A stretch of 64,000 nucleotides of DNA from Cenarchaeum sp. (GTDB taxonomy: Archaea > Thermoproteota > Nitrososphaeria > Nitrososphaerales > Nitrosopumilaceae), in NCBI GenBank assembly GCA_965242695.1, contig CBDESU010000002.1:32001-96000 (forward strand), read 5' to 3'. How positions within the stretch are numbered: the first letter of the stretch is position 1; every line of letters starts with the position of its first letter. Both the position numbers and the translations under genes were made by a program. This document shows, piece by piece, positions 1 to 10,365 of this stretch. Below the pieces are notes generated by a model that saw only the letters and a program-made list of their open reading frames with translations, had not been told where the DNA came from and made no database searches.

Positions 1-1857
1 CCGCGCCATCTCGGAGCGCACAAAGCGCGCGTTTATCGGGTGGTTGGCCGTACGCGCGCACTCTAGCACGAGCCGGTGCTGGCCGGCCAGGACGGCCCCG
101 TACCTTTTCACATCCTCGGCCGCGTCGGCCCCCTCCCTGACCCAGAGAAGCGCGTTCCTGCCGTCAGGCCCCTCGGCCCTTGCAAATTCCCTGCCGTCCC
201 TCAGGTAGCGCATCAGGACCGAGGCGGGAATGCGGCTCTCGGCCTCGGGCAGGTAGAGTACGTCCCGCCCCGACGCGTACCGCTCGGCGTCCGGCCTGAG
301 CGCCGCCTCGAGGACCTTGCGCCCCCTGTCGGTCACCGACAGCACTCCCTCGTTGCGGCTCAGGAGCCCCTGCCGCTCCAGGCCGGCTGCAATGTGCGGG
401 ACATCAAGCCGCCCGGATCCCGCGCCGCCGTCGCCGCCGTCCCGCTCGCCCCGCCAGTACCCCTCCAAGTCGAACTCGTGCTGGATGTCGGCGAGTAGGT
501 TCTTGCGGTCGGCGCCGCCGCAACCCACCCACGAGGCCAGGGACGCGATGTCGGTGCGCTCTCCCGATGCGATGTCGCGCGCGGCGACCGGCAGGCCCTC
601 GCCCGTCCTGTACTGCGACCAGGCGGCCCTCATGGCCGCTACCGTGTCAAGGAACGCACGCACGAGGCCGTCGCCATCGCCGTCGCCGCCTGCATGCCCG
701 TACGCTGCGGCCCCCTCGTCGTCCGTGGTTAGGCACGCGGCGCGCCGCACGATCGACGCATAGTCCTTGCCGTATCGTGCGGCAAGGCCGCCTGCGCCCG
801 CCCTGCCCCTCATGCGGACGTGCCCGATCAGGTCGTCCAGGACGGCCTCGCCGCTCTCGCACTCCTCAAAGTGCAGCAGCTCGAGGTACCTTGTCCGCGG
901 GGATCCAGAGGCGGATGCCCTCAGGCGGGGCTGGTACCATGCGACGGCCAGGAACCGGCCTTGCATGCCGGCAGCCTGCAGGGCATCGCCGCCGTGCGGC
1001 AGGCCGTCGGGAGGTGGAGGGCTGCCGCCGGGGCGCAGCGCAGAGACCGCCTCGCCCCCCAGGCCCCTGAACGTGACCATCGAGTCGTCTAGGTCCTCGA
1101 CCGTGCCAGGCAGAATGACCGGCGCGCCCAGGCGCTGCCACGAGTCGTCCTGGACGGATGCTATTTCGCAAAAGGCGTCCATCTCGAGCGAGTTCGAGAG
1201 CGCATCCAAGTCGGACGCCGAGGCCTTTAGAAAGTCCCAGTCGCCAAGGCACGGGGTGCGGCCGGGCAGAGGGGCGGCTTCGGTACTGGATACGCAGTGC
1301 AGGCGGTTTGTCAGCGGCATCGGCGTCGCGGGGCCGATCCGGCAAAAGCCGAGCGGGATGGCCTCGGCCACATCTTGCGGCGCGCGCACCGACATGCACG
1401 TCCCGAGGGAGGGCACGACCGCAGAGATTACGGTTCGAGGGCCAGCGCCAACGTCCGGCGGAGACGACTTTTTGAACACCCAAGAGTCAAAGTGCGCGGT
1501 GCTCGCGCCGGCATCGCGTACTTTGACGAGGTAGCGGGCCGCGCTCCTGGCGCAGCCTAGGAATACGTCGTCGAACGCCCGCGGCGTCTCGCATGTGAGC
1601 CGCGCCTCGGCAAGCCAGCCGCACGCCTCGGCCATCCGATCCCTTGTCGTGCCCGCGCCCTCGGCATCCTCGTGCCGCACGTCGGCGGGGTCCCTGTCGA
1701 GCAGCAGCCTGGCGTTGCCCGTCGTCAAGACCATTGCGGCGTAGATGTTGGAGAGCTGCGCGCGCAGCGATCGCTCGCTGAACAGCCACGGAGCGCCGTC
1801 GGAAGGGTCGCCGCCGTGCCCGCCGCTGCCGTCGGCATCGCCGCCCCCGCCGGCCAT
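1..1857 (-). CDS. Hypothetical protein (>=619 aa, 3' end runs off window), divergent from drmA
   Basis: Read manually: ATG at 1857 (MAGGGGDADGSGGHGGDPSDGAPWLFSERSLRAQLSNIYAAMV...) with no stop to position 1; protein-like composition; absent from ORF track because it has no stop; TATA box about 25-30 bp upstream. Confidence 0.75.
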   Translation of the reverse strand, partial: MAGGGGDADGSGGHGGDPSDGAPWLFSERSLRAQLSNIYAAMVLTTGNARLLLDRDPADVRHEDAEGAGTTRDRMAEACGWLAEARLTCETPRAFDDVFLGCARSAARYLVKVRDAGASTAHFDSWVFKKSSPPDVGAGPRTVISAVVPSLGTCMSVRAPQDVAEAIPLGFCRIGPATPMPLTNRLHCVSSTEAAPLPGRTPCLGDWDFLKASASDLDALSNSLEMDAFCEIASVQDDSWQRLGAPVILPGTVEDLDDSMVTFRGLGGEAVSALRPGGSPPPPDGLPHGGDALQAAGMQGRFLAVAWYQPRLRASASGSPRTRYLELLHFEECESGEAVLDDLIGHVRMRGRAGAGGLAARYGKDYASIVRRAACLTTDDEGAAAYGHAGGDGDGDGLVRAFLDTVAAMRAAWSQYRTGEGLPVAARDIASGERTDIASLASWVGCGGADRKNLLADIQHEFDLEGYWRGERDGGDGGAGSGRLDVPHIAAGLERQGLLSRNEGVLSVTDRGRKVLEAALRPDAERYASGRDVLYLPEAESRIPASVLMRYLRDGREFARAEGPDGRNALLWVREGADAAEDVKRYGAVLAGQHRLVLECARTANHPINARFVRSEMAR

Positions 1858-1880
1858 CCTGGGAGGGGCCGGCGTTCAAT

Positions 1881-1889
1881 GTTATATAG
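1881..1889. promoter_or_regulatory. Archaeal TATA box (GTTATATAG), probably bidirectional
   Basis: TATA-like patch in the 52-bp gap between divergent ATGs at 1857(-) and 1910(+), about 22-30 bp from each. Confidence 0.55.
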
Positions 1890-1909
1890 TAGACGGCGCA
1901 GGCGCGGAC

Positions 1910-4900
1910 ATGCGGGACGTCATGGTGGCCGACCTTGTGGCCAACCTGCTGGGTCCCCGTGGCGGGCGCGAGGAGGAGATGGAAGAAAGCCCCGTCTTCG
2001 AGTACGTGACGGGCATTTTGGCCCCGATAGAGGGCGGCGGCGAGAAGGAGACGGGCGGCGGCGAGCCCGGCATGGAGGACGCCGAGAGTGGCGGCGGTGG
2101 AAGCACGTACGAGGGGGACGAGGAAGGGGCCGAGGATGAGGCGGCCGCTCCGATCGCCCCCGCATCCCTGCCGGCGTTAGACCCAAAGAGGATGCCGTCG
2201 TCGATGGGGATGACGTTCTACGCGCAGGCGGACGGGGCGCCGGGGATCGACGTGTGCGTCACGTGGGCCAGGTACGCAATGCATGACGGGAAATGGAGGC
2301 GCATGCCGCGGCACGCCATCCTGTCCACGGGGTGCGCGGAAGACGAGGTGCGCTGGCTAGGCGGCGACGGAGGCGAGGCGGAGGACCGCGGCAAGGCGGA
2401 GGTATCGGTCCACATACGGCCAAAGCAAGAGGACGGCCACGTGTCCGTCAGCATGTACGTGGTAAACAGGATGGGAGCCGGCGCCAGCGCCTCAGAGTCC
2501 GTCAAGTTCCACATCTTTCAGCCGCAGATCAGAGTGCTGTGCGGGGACGGCGCGCGGCTGGTGCCGCAGCCCGGAGCGCGCTCCGGCTCCGACGCGGACG
2601 AGGCAGAGCAGGAAATGCTCTACAGGGACAAGAGGGCGCTCGGAAAGGGGCACCTGACTTCTGTGGTGTGGAGGGAGATTGATCCAGAGTGCCTGCGCGG
2701 CGAGTCCGAGCCGGACAACCCAGAGTGCCTGCGGCGGCCGGGGTTCTCGTGGATAGACGGCGCAGGGCTAGCCGACGAGGACAGGGAGCGGTTCTCAAGG
2801 GCCGACATTAGGACAGAGTTCGTGCCCATGTATGCCGTCCCCGCCCCCGATGCTGACTACTGGCCCGGCGGCCCCGGCGACAGGCCGCGCCTTGAGGCGC
2901 GATTCTACTCGGATCTATTCAACCCGGACGACCTCAGGGGCGCCCTTGCCCCGCTTGCCGAAGCGTATGGAAAATGGGCCAGTGGCCTCGAGAAGGCGGC
3001 AGAAAGCGAAGGCGGCGGTGAGATCGTGGCGGATGCGATCAGGAAGGCCAGAGAGGTAGAGAGGAGGATAGTGAGCGGGATCGGCCTACTCTGCGCGGAC
3101 GACGACGCAAGGCTGGCGTTCTGCTTTGCGTGCCGCGCCATAGACATGCAGGTGTCGTGGTCCAAGGGGCCCGACGGCTTTGTATTCCGCCCATTCCAGC
3201 TTGCGTTCGTCCTGCTCAGCGCCGAGTCCGCGCTCAACCCAAAGTCGCAGGACAGGGAGGCGTGCGACCTGCTATGGGTCCCGACGGGGGCGGGAAAGAC
3301 CGAGGCGTACCTGGTGCTGGCGGCGATGGTCGCAGCGCATCGGCGCCTCAAGGCGAGGCACAAGATCACGAAGGACAGGTCGGGGGTCGGCGTGTCGGTG
3401 ATCAGCAGGTACACGCTGCGCCTCTTGACGATCCAGCAGTTTCGGAGGACGCTAGCGCTGTTTACCGCCATGGAGTGCCTCAGAGTGGACGGTATGGGTG
3501 CGGCAGACGGAGGCAAGAGAATAGGATGGAGGCCGCAGGGATGCGGCAGGGACGAGGAATTCCTCGGGGGCACGGCCAGGTTCTCCGTGGGCCTGTGGGC
3601 TGGCACCAGGGTCACCCCCAACTGGCTTGAAGACAGGGGGTTCAACCCGTCCACCAAGAAAAGGATATCAGGGGCCCTGACTCTACTCAGGGAGCCGGAC
3701 CGCCAAGGTACAGGCCATGGCGAATCGCACGGCGAGCCGGCGCAGGTTCTAGACTGCCCCGCCTGCGGATCCATACTCTCGCTCCCGACCGGCGGGCTGC
3801 GGCGGGGAAATACGACGCTTCACTACGCGATAAGGGTGTCCAGCGGCGCGGACGCCGCGGCGGCAATGTCTCCCCCGGACGGGGACGCGGTCGAGGCCGA
3901 CAGCCAGGACGTGCGGGGCGTGCGAGTCATGATGCGGCGCGTGCGAGGACAGATGTTCACGATGACGATCAGCCTAGGGATCAAAGCCCGCCTCGATCAC
4001 CGCGCTCTGCGCGAAGTGTGCGAAAAGGTGAGGCTGCACCTCAAGAAGCTGCATGTCGATATCGAGTACCTTTCGGCGAGGTCGCGCCCCGGCTATTTTT
4101 TCAAGAGGTATGGGGACAAGGTGTACGACTTCGAGGTGTTCTGCCCAAACGCCGCCTGCCCACTCAGGCGCGAGTGGGCCGCGGGGACGGCGTGCGGCAA
4201 CGCCAACGGGACCTCGGACGACGGCCATCTGGCCGCAAGCCAGGTACGGGGCGTTGACAGCCCCGACGGCAACCTGTTTGTCGACGTCAACGAGGCGTTT
4301 CGGATCGAGCGGCACATCTCCGACCGCGTGCCGATACCGGCGTTTACGGTCGACGAGCAGGTCTACGCGAACATTCCGACCATGATCGTGGGCACGGTCG
4401 ACAAGTTCGCCCGGATGCCGTTCGAGAGCAGGGCGGCCCAGCTCTTCGGCAACGTCGACCACTGCCACCATGTACGCGGGTACTACAGGCTGGCCGGGTC
4501 GGGGCATCCTGGACCGACGGGAAGAAAAAAGTCAGGCCTGCACTATGAAAAGCTCGAACGAAGGATAGAGCCACCCAACCTCATCATACAGGACGAGCTC
4601 CACCTGCTTGACGGTCCACTCGGGAGCATGGTCGGCATCTATGAGACGGCCGTCGATCGGCTCGCATCCGGAAAGACCTCGCCCATAAAGTACGTCGCGT
4701 CGACGGCCACGACGAGGCGTGCCGACCAGCATGTCGGGGCGCTCTTTTCAAGGGACCTCGCGGTCTTTCCGCCGCAAGGCATCAGGGCAGGCGACAGGCC
4801 GTTCATAGGCGAGCCGGGCGGCGCCACGCCGCTCGACGAGTCGGGGCCCGGTAGACTCTACGTCGGCGTGTGGACGCCAGGCAGGGGGCCCCTCACCCCC

Positions 4901-5863
4901 CTAGTCCGCATATGGTCCAGGCTCGCCTGCTCGATTAACTGCAACGCAGACGACCCGAATGCCGACAAGTATTGGACTATAACGGGCTACTTTAGCAGCG
5001 TACGCGAGCTGGCCGAGGCCAGGTCGCTGTACAGGCAGAACATCCCGGAGCGGGCCCGCGACCTGCCGTGCGGGGACGGCCCGCGGGCGTTCGGCGAGGA
5101 TACGGCGCTAGAGCTGTCGGGCCGCACACCGTCGGCCGATCTTCCCGCATACCTGCGGCTGCTCGAGGGAGGTGAAAGAGAGGCGGCGCCAGAGGCGCTG
5201 TTCACGACATCCATGTTTGGGACGGGCATCGACGTCTCGAGGATAAGCACCATGGTCGTCGCCGGCCAGCCCAAGACGCAGTCCGCGTACATACAGGCCA
5301 CGGGCAGGGTGGGCCGCACCAGGGGGGCGATCGTCGTCACGCTCCACAAGCCAGGCAGGCCGCGCGACCTCAACCACTACGAGCTCTTTGCGCGATACCA
5401 CATGCAGCTGCACAGGTTCGTCGAGCCGCCCACGGCGTTTCCGTTTGCAGCCGGCGTCATGGAGCATGCGGCGGGGCCTGTCATGGTCGGGCTGCTGCGC
5501 AACATGAGGGGGCTTGACGCATGGGCGCCAAAAGACAGCGGCGCACTGGAGGCCAAGACAAGGCAGGGCGACATGGATGCGGTCAGGGCGATGCTGTCCG
5601 GGCGGGCGGCGGCGCAGCCTGAGCGCAAGCGCCCCGATCCTGCAGACGTCTCGAGTGCGACAGGGCTGGGAACGGGGAGATGGAGCTCGGCGGCCGGCAG
5701 GTTCGCCGATCTGTCGTACTACGAGTACGCCTGGCGCGGCGATCCAAAGAAACACGTCGTACTAGGAAGCCCCGCGCACAAAAAGGCGGACAAGAGTGGC
5801 GTGTTTGAGGATGTGCCAAACTCGATGCGGAGCGTCGAGGAGGAGGCGGTGTTCGAGGCATGA
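1910..5863 (+). CDS. drmA: DISARM DrmA-like SF2 helicase (copy 1)
   Basis: LWVPTGAGKTEAY, SRYTLRLLTIQQF, GTVDKFA, IIQDELHLLDGPLGS, GTGIDVSR, YIQATGRVGR, RPRDLNHYE; followed by a DUF1998 gene; start set at ATG 1910 after the TATA box. Confidence 0.88.
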   Translation: MRDVMVADLVANLLGPRGGREEEMEESPVFEYVTGILAPIEGGGEKETGGGEPGMEDAESGGGGSTYEGDEEGAEDEAAAPIAPASLPALDPKRMPSSMGMTFYAQADGAPGIDVCVTWARYAMHDGKWRRMPRHAILSTGCAEDEVRWLGGDGGEAEDRGKAEVSVHIRPKQEDGHVSVSMYVVNRMGAGASASESVKFHIFQPQIRVLCGDGARLVPQPGARSGSDADEAEQEMLYRDKRALGKGHLTSVVWREIDPECLRGESEPDNPECLRRPGFSWIDGAGLADEDRERFSRADIRTEFVPMYAVPAPDADYWPGGPGDRPRLEARFYSDLFNPDDLRGALAPLAEAYGKWASGLEKAAESEGGGEIVADAIRKAREVERRIVSGIGLLCADDDARLAFCFACRAIDMQVSWSKGPDGFVFRPFQLAFVLLSAESALNPKSQDREACDLLWVPTGAGKTEAYLVLAAMVAAHRRLKARHKITKDRSGVGVSVISRYTLRLLTIQQFRRTLALFTAMECLRVDGMGAADGGKRIGWRPQGCGRDEEFLGGTARFSVGLWAGTRVTPNWLEDRGFNPSTKKRISGALTLLREPDRQGTGHGESHGEPAQVLDCPACGSILSLPTGGLRRGNTTLHYAIRVSSGADAAAAMSPPDGDAVEADSQDVRGVRVMMRRVRGQMFTMTISLGIKARLDHRALREVCEKVRLHLKKLHVDIEYLSARSRPGYFFKRYGDKVYDFEVFCPNAACPLRREWAAGTACGNANGTSDDGHLAASQVRGVDSPDGNLFVDVNEAFRIERHISDRVPIPAFTVDEQVYANIPTMIVGTVDKFARMPFESRAAQLFGNVDHCHHVRGYYRLAGSGHPGPTGRKKSGLHYEKLERRIEPPNLIIQDELHLLDGPLGSMVGIYETAVDRLASGKTSPIKYVASTATTRRADQHVGALFSRDLAVFPPQGIRAGDRPFIGEPGGATPLDESGPGRLYVGVWTPGRGPLTPLVRIWSRLACSINCNADDPNADKYWTITGYFSSVRELAEARSLYRQNIPERARDLPCGDGPRAFGEDTALELSGRTPSADLPAYLRLLEGGEREAAPEALFTTSMFGTGIDVSRISTMVVAGQPKTQSAYIQATGRVGRTRGAIVVTLHKPGRPRDLNHYELFARYHMQLHRFVEPPTAFPFAAGVMEHAAGPVMVGLLRNMRGLDAWAPKDSGALEAKTRQGDMDAVRAMLSGRAAAQPERKRPDPADVSSATGLGTGRWSSAAGRFADLSYYEYAWRGDPKKHVVLGSPAHKKADKSGVFEDVPNSMRSVEEEAVFEA

Positions 5864-7692
5864 CGGGCAAACTGATGGTGCGGCCCTCGCAGTTTATACT
5901 GACGTATGGGCCAGGGGCCCTGCTGGAGGGACCCGACGGCCCTAGGCTCGTACGGGACGCCGGTATCGGCCTGTTCTCCGAGCACGGGGGAAAGGATCCG
6001 AACCAGTACAGGATAGACGACGACAGGATGTCAAGGGGACTCCTTGGCGGAGCCAAGATATACCGCCTGCCGACAGAGTCCGAGACGGGCGAGGGCGAGC
6101 CGTACAGGACGATGGAGTTTCCCAGGTGGAAGCTCTGCCTCAACCGGCACGGGAAGGGAGGGGACTACCTCCTGCACAGGAGGCAGTCGTGCCCCGACTG
6201 CGGGGAAGACAGGTGGCAGGGCGCCATCAGATTCGTCGTAGCCTGCAGTGAAGGCCACTTGGACGAGCTCAACTGGGACTATGTCGTGCACCGCAAGTCG
6301 GGCCATGCGGTCGACACGTCAAAGCACAGGATAGTCGAGGGGGAGGCCTTTTACTGGCACCGCCGCGGCGGCGCGCTCGGCGACATCGTAATAAGGTGCT
6401 ACTACCGCGACCAGTGCCATGCGCAGGCAAACCTAGGCGAGGTGTACTACCGAGCCCACCCATGCAGCGGCCGCCACCCGCACACGGAGGTTACAAGCCC
6501 TCCCACCAGGCCGATGAACTGCAAGGCGTCCGCCCGCGTGGTGCCGCGCCAGTCGGCCGCCCTGAGGATAGCCGAGACCAGGACTCTGCTGTCCATACGG
6601 CCTGTCACAGAGGTGCATACGCTGCTCCAAGACGATGCCCTCAAGGGCGCCATAGCCCAAGAGAGGGCGCACGGTGAGATCGATGCAGAGGGGTTCAAGA
6701 GAATCGTCGGCATACAGGAGGAGACGGGCAACATAGGCGCCGACACGAGGTACAAGCTCCTCGATGCTCCGTGGAGCGTCGTGGAGGATGCCCTAGGCTA
6801 CCTTGCAAAGCGCGACCTGACGACGTATGATGCGCTGATCAAAGACGAGCTGGCGGGCCTCCTGCTGGCATCTCTGCACGGGGCGCCGCCGCAAGGATCG
6901 CCCGACACGGACGGAGTCAAGCATGTCCTTGAAGTCAGGCCCGACAGCAGCGAGGTGCTTGATGCGGGCGGCGCCCTGATGCGCGTCACACCGGTTCAAA
7001 AGCTCAGGACGGTCACCGTGCAAAAGGGGTTTAGGCGAGGCGTGGGCGGGTGGGAGTCGCTCCCCGAGCTGGTCGACGTGTCGTTTGCCAGGGGAGGCAA
7101 GAGGTGGTACCCGGGCGTCGAGTACATGGGCGAGGGCATATTCATGCGGCTCGAGGAGAACGACGGCTGGGCTAGCATGCAGGCGGACGGAGCGCCCGGC
7201 ACATGGCTCGACATGCTCAAGGGGCACGACCGCAAGCGCTACCCGTCTCATGTGTTCAGGGACGACGGCGCGAGGGAGGAGATGCACCCCGGCTTTGTCT
7301 GGTGGCACACGCTGGCCCACCTTCTGGTGCGCACCATCGGCGAGCATTCGGGATATGCGGCAGCGGCGATCAGGGAGAGGGTGTACTTTGAGCAGGACGA
7401 GAGCGGCGGGAAGTTCAGGGGCGGGTTGCTGCTGTACGCCACGCAGCCTGGCAGCGAGGGCACGATGGGAGGGCTGGTCGGCATGATGCCGCACATGAAG
7501 GGCCTGCTAGACGAGTCGTTCGAGAGGGGCAGGCTGTGCTCGGGCGACCCCCTGTGCAGCGAGAGCGAGCTCAAGGAAGGCGGCCACAACGGGGCGGCCT
7601 GCTACGCATGCCTTCTCAACTCGGAGACGTCGTGCGAGCACAGGAACATGTGGCTGGACAGGAACGTGCTCGGGCAGGGGCTGCGGTCGTAG
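5860..7692 (+). CDS. drmB: DISARM DrmB-like DUF1998 protein (copy 1)
   Basis: RPSQFILTYGPGAL, RFVVACSEGHLDE, HTLAHLLVR, AIRERVY, C-terminal CSGDPLC...ACYACLLNSETSCE; ATGA overlap with drmA. Confidence 0.9.
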   Translation: MTGKLMVRPSQFILTYGPGALLEGPDGPRLVRDAGIGLFSEHGGKDPNQYRIDDDRMSRGLLGGAKIYRLPTESETGEGEPYRTMEFPRWKLCLNRHGKGGDYLLHRRQSCPDCGEDRWQGAIRFVVACSEGHLDELNWDYVVHRKSGHAVDTSKHRIVEGEAFYWHRRGGALGDIVIRCYYRDQCHAQANLGEVYYRAHPCSGRHPHTEVTSPPTRPMNCKASARVVPRQSAALRIAETRTLLSIRPVTEVHTLLQDDALKGAIAQERAHGEIDAEGFKRIVGIQEETGNIGADTRYKLLDAPWSVVEDALGYLAKRDLTTYDALIKDELAGLLLASLHGAPPQGSPDTDGVKHVLEVRPDSSEVLDAGGALMRVTPVQKLRTVTVQKGFRRGVGGWESLPELVDVSFARGGKRWYPGVEYMGEGIFMRLEENDGWASMQADGAPGTWLDMLKGHDRKRYPSHVFRDDGAREEMHPGFVWWHTLAHLLVRTIGEHSGYAAAAIRERVYFEQDESGGKFRGGLLLYATQPGSEGTMGGLVGMMPHMKGLLDESFERGRLCSGDPLCSESELKEGGHNGAACYACLLNSETSCEHRNMWLDRNVLGQGLRS

Positions 7693-7994
7693 AGAAGAGG
7701 GTAGCGGGGCAATATCCCGTGCTGTGAGGGGCATCTGCCCGCTTGCCGCTCCCGACGCCTTGTGCAGCCATCCGGAGCTGGAGTTCACACTGCAGTACCG
7801 CTCGCCACCGCGCCATCGTGCCGTGTAAAATGAAACCCTGTAAAGCGAAGTACGGCATGTATAGGATCGGCGGACGGAGGCTCTGACATCAAGAGTCCGT
7901 CTGAGTGTCTGTTTGTGGCATCCCATGCAGATGCTTGTACTTACTGAAAGCACAGTCGGAGATCATGCAATTGCCGGGCACAGGTGGTGGCATC

Positions 7995-8531
7995 CTACCC
8001 AATATTCGTACTGATGCCAGCCCGCGGCAACCCAATCCAAAACTCCTCATTCGAGTGGTCTATGTACACGCGGGCCCTGTCGAAAAAGCCGTTCAGTCCA
8101 AGCAGAAGCGGGTGGCCTATGTCCGGATCCCGCGACCATGGCGTGTCAGGGACGATGACTTTGGACACGCCTATGTCAAACCACGCTTCGTAGCACTGGA
8201 TCTCCATGCCCACCATTGCATAGTACGCCCAAAACAACCCCGACGCGCTGTACGCCTTGTGTCGCGTGCCCTTATCGATCGGTATGCCCCGGTCCTGGAG
8301 CAACCACATTGGCATTGCCGGCATATCTGCCCCAGTGTCCAGCAGTCCGTCGGCCTGGACGTTGTGCTTGCCCTGCCCGGGAAGGCTGTCCATAGGCCTT
8401 GGGCTAACTGTAAGGGCAGCCCGGCGAACTGATACAGGCGCACCGCCTCCCCGTGACGGTACCGACACGCTTCGATACTTAAGCCGCATCCACGACGAGG
8501 GGAAGTGTGGCTGGTCACTGCTTTGGAACAT
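7995..8531 (-). CDS. Retropepsin-like aspartyl protease (cassette A, intact)
   Basis: Catalytic LLDTGAD motif and C-terminal LLLGLNGFFDR motif; overlaps upstream DUF5678 gene. Confidence 0.78.
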   Translation of the reverse strand: MFQSSDQPHFPSSWMRLKYRSVSVPSRGGGAPVSVRRAALTVSPRPMDSLPGQGKHNVQADGLLDTGADMPAMPMWLLQDRGIPIDKGTRHKAYSASGLFWAYYAMVGMEIQCYEAWFDIGVSKVIVPDTPWSRDPDIGHPLLLGLNGFFDRARVYIDHSNEEFWIGLPRAGISTNIG

Positions 8532-8862
8532 AGAGCCAAGGCACCTCCTCGGGCTTTGCATAGATGTACCGCATGTGAGGACCTCCCTTGCCGGCTTTGC
8601 GCCCCTCTTGGCAGACCAGCCCCGGGTCTTTGCCGTGCGCTACGATTTCGCCGTCGGCCACGGCTATCCACTCGCCCATGTATTTTTGTGCCTCCTCGGG
8701 CTTCATTGCGTTGAGGAATGCCAGGTTCTTCACGGCGCCCTCGTCGATCTGCGTGCACTGCGGGGGGTATCCGACGCGCACGTCCTCGGGCGATATGATC
8801 ACGTCCCCCTCAAGCATGGGTGGAAGGCCTGTCCCAAGGCGCCGGCCGGTATCGTCTGCCAT
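8515..8862 (-). CDS. DUF5678-family protein (cassette A)
   Basis: KYMGEWIAVADGEIVAHGKD motif; TTAAATA box about 25 bp upstream. Confidence 0.8.
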   Translation of the reverse strand: MADDTGRRLGTGLPPMLEGDVIISPEDVRVGYPPQCTQIDEGAVKNLAFLNAMKPEEAQKYMGEWIAVADGEIVAHGKDPGLVCQEGRKAGKGGPHMRYIYAKPEEVPWLYVPKQ

Positions 8863-8929
8863 TGTAAGGCGCAGAATAGCCCCTCTATTTAACCGGTGCG
8901 TCGGGCGCCGCACGGGCTACCCGGCCAGG

Positions 8930-9247
8930 CGCCCCGTCCGAGCCGCACCCGGGGCGCCGTGCCTTGTACACCTAAGCGCCGCGGTGCGGAGCCGGCGCGG
9001 GGCTAGTCCGAGGAGGATGTTCGCGCCGGCGGGCGGCGCGGCAAGGATACAGCATCCACAAACGAGGGGTGCAAGGGTTCGCCGCCGCGGCCCGCTCTCG
9101 TGACGGCAACGCCTCGCATGCGCCAAGAGGCGGAGGCCCGGCTTCTAGCCGATCCGGTCCCGTGCCCCTGTGGTGCATCGGCGCGTAGTGACAGTCAAAC
9201 CGCGCCCACATCATGGAAGTGTACGGCCGGTCATTGCCTTGGGACGT
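8930..9247 (-). pseudogene. Decayed 5' remnant of aspartyl protease (cassette B)
   Basis: N-terminus (..SQGNDRPYTSMMWARFDCHY) aligns to protease A start; no DTG motif, frame lost. Confidence 0.5.
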
Positions 9248-9599
9248 AGAGCCAGCCGCTGCCGAGCCAAGGCACCTCTTCGGGCCTTGCATAGATGTAC
9301 TCCACGTGGGGGCACCCCTTGCCGGCCTTCCACCCGGCCTCGCAGACCTGCATGGGATCCTCGCCGTGCGCTACGATTCCACCGCCGGCCACGGCTATCC
9401 ACTCGCCCATGTACTTTTGGGCCTCCTCGGGCGTCATTGCGTTGAGGAAGTCCATGTCCTTCTTGGCGCCCTCGTCGATCTCCGTGCACTGCGGGGGGTA
9501 TCCGACGCGCATCTCCTCGGGCGGTATGTACCGGACTTTGCCTAGGCCTGGTATGGGAGGAAGCGGCGGCCCGGCGCGCCTGTCGTTCTCGTTCGCCAT
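9231..9599 (-). CDS. DUF5678-family protein (cassette B)
   Basis: MANENDRR...KYMGEWIAVAGGGIVAHGED...WLYVPRQ; paralog of cassette A. Confidence 0.8.
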   Translation of the reverse strand: MANENDRRAGPPLPPIPGLGKVRYIPPEEMRVGYPPQCTEIDEGAKKDMDFLNAMTPEEAQKYMGEWIAVAGGGIVAHGEDPMQVCEAGWKAGKGCPHVEYIYARPEEVPWLGSGWLYVPRQ

Positions 9600-9867
9600 T
9601 GCGGGGCTAGAATCGCGCCCCCATTTAGGCAGTTTGATCAGGCGCCGCGGGAGGGGGCGCCCCTGCGCCCATGCCGAGGCCCCGCCCGGGCCCCCGCAGC
9701 GCCCCGATGCCGTGTACGCCTGGGCAATGCGGGGCTGTTGCGCGCCAAGCGGCGGCAGGCTACTGCGCGCCGGCAGTCGGGCCCAACGAGGCAACGGATG
9801 CGGCGGCGAGCAGAGTGCCGGCAGACACCCGCTGCTCGCAGCGGCACGCCGCCCGCCCCCGTTCTCG

Positions 9868-10365
9868 TCACTGTCCTGTGGGCATCTCAAGCCGAAACCC
9901 CATCGGGCGGTCGATGGGCATGCAAGCCCTGTCGAAAAAGCCGCCGAGTCCAAGCAAGAGCGGGGATGGTGAGCCCGGATCCCGCGGCCGCGGCGTGCCG
10001 GGGACAGGGGCGTCGGACGTGCCGATGTCGCGCCATGTGCCGTTGCGCCGTGCGCCCAGAGTGCCCTGCCGCACCGCATATCCTCCGCAGCGCGCCCTTG
10101 TCGATCAGAGCGTCCGGCCGCCGGGGCGGCCGCACGGTCAGTGCCGGCGCAACCGCGCCGGCGTGCATCTGCCCGCCGGCGGGCCGGCCGGCCGGGCGGC
10201 TGCGCTTACACGGTTTGGGAGCCCGTCCGGGAACCTAGCGCGAACCGCTGGGGCCGCCCCAGCCGCTGCCGGCCCGCCGCCTCCCGGCGACGGCACTGTC
10301 ATATTCGGGCAGCCAAGGTGCATTGCACGACGAGGGAAGGTGTGGCGGTCACTGCTCTGGGACGT
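9868..10365 (-). pseudogene. Degenerate aspartyl protease (cassette C)
   Basis: Fragments in different frames (SQSSDRHTFP..; RDPGSPSPLLLGLGGFFDRACMPID) align to protease A; DTG motif destroyed. Confidence 0.65.

Noticed and set aside
76-1879. Plus-strand and short minus-strand ORFs from the track
   Set aside because: GC-rich shadow frames of the 1-1857 minus-strand gene.
1745-1909. Extended drmA N-terminus in the ORF track
   Set aside because: Overlaps the divergent gene and TATA box; ATG 1910 is more plausible.
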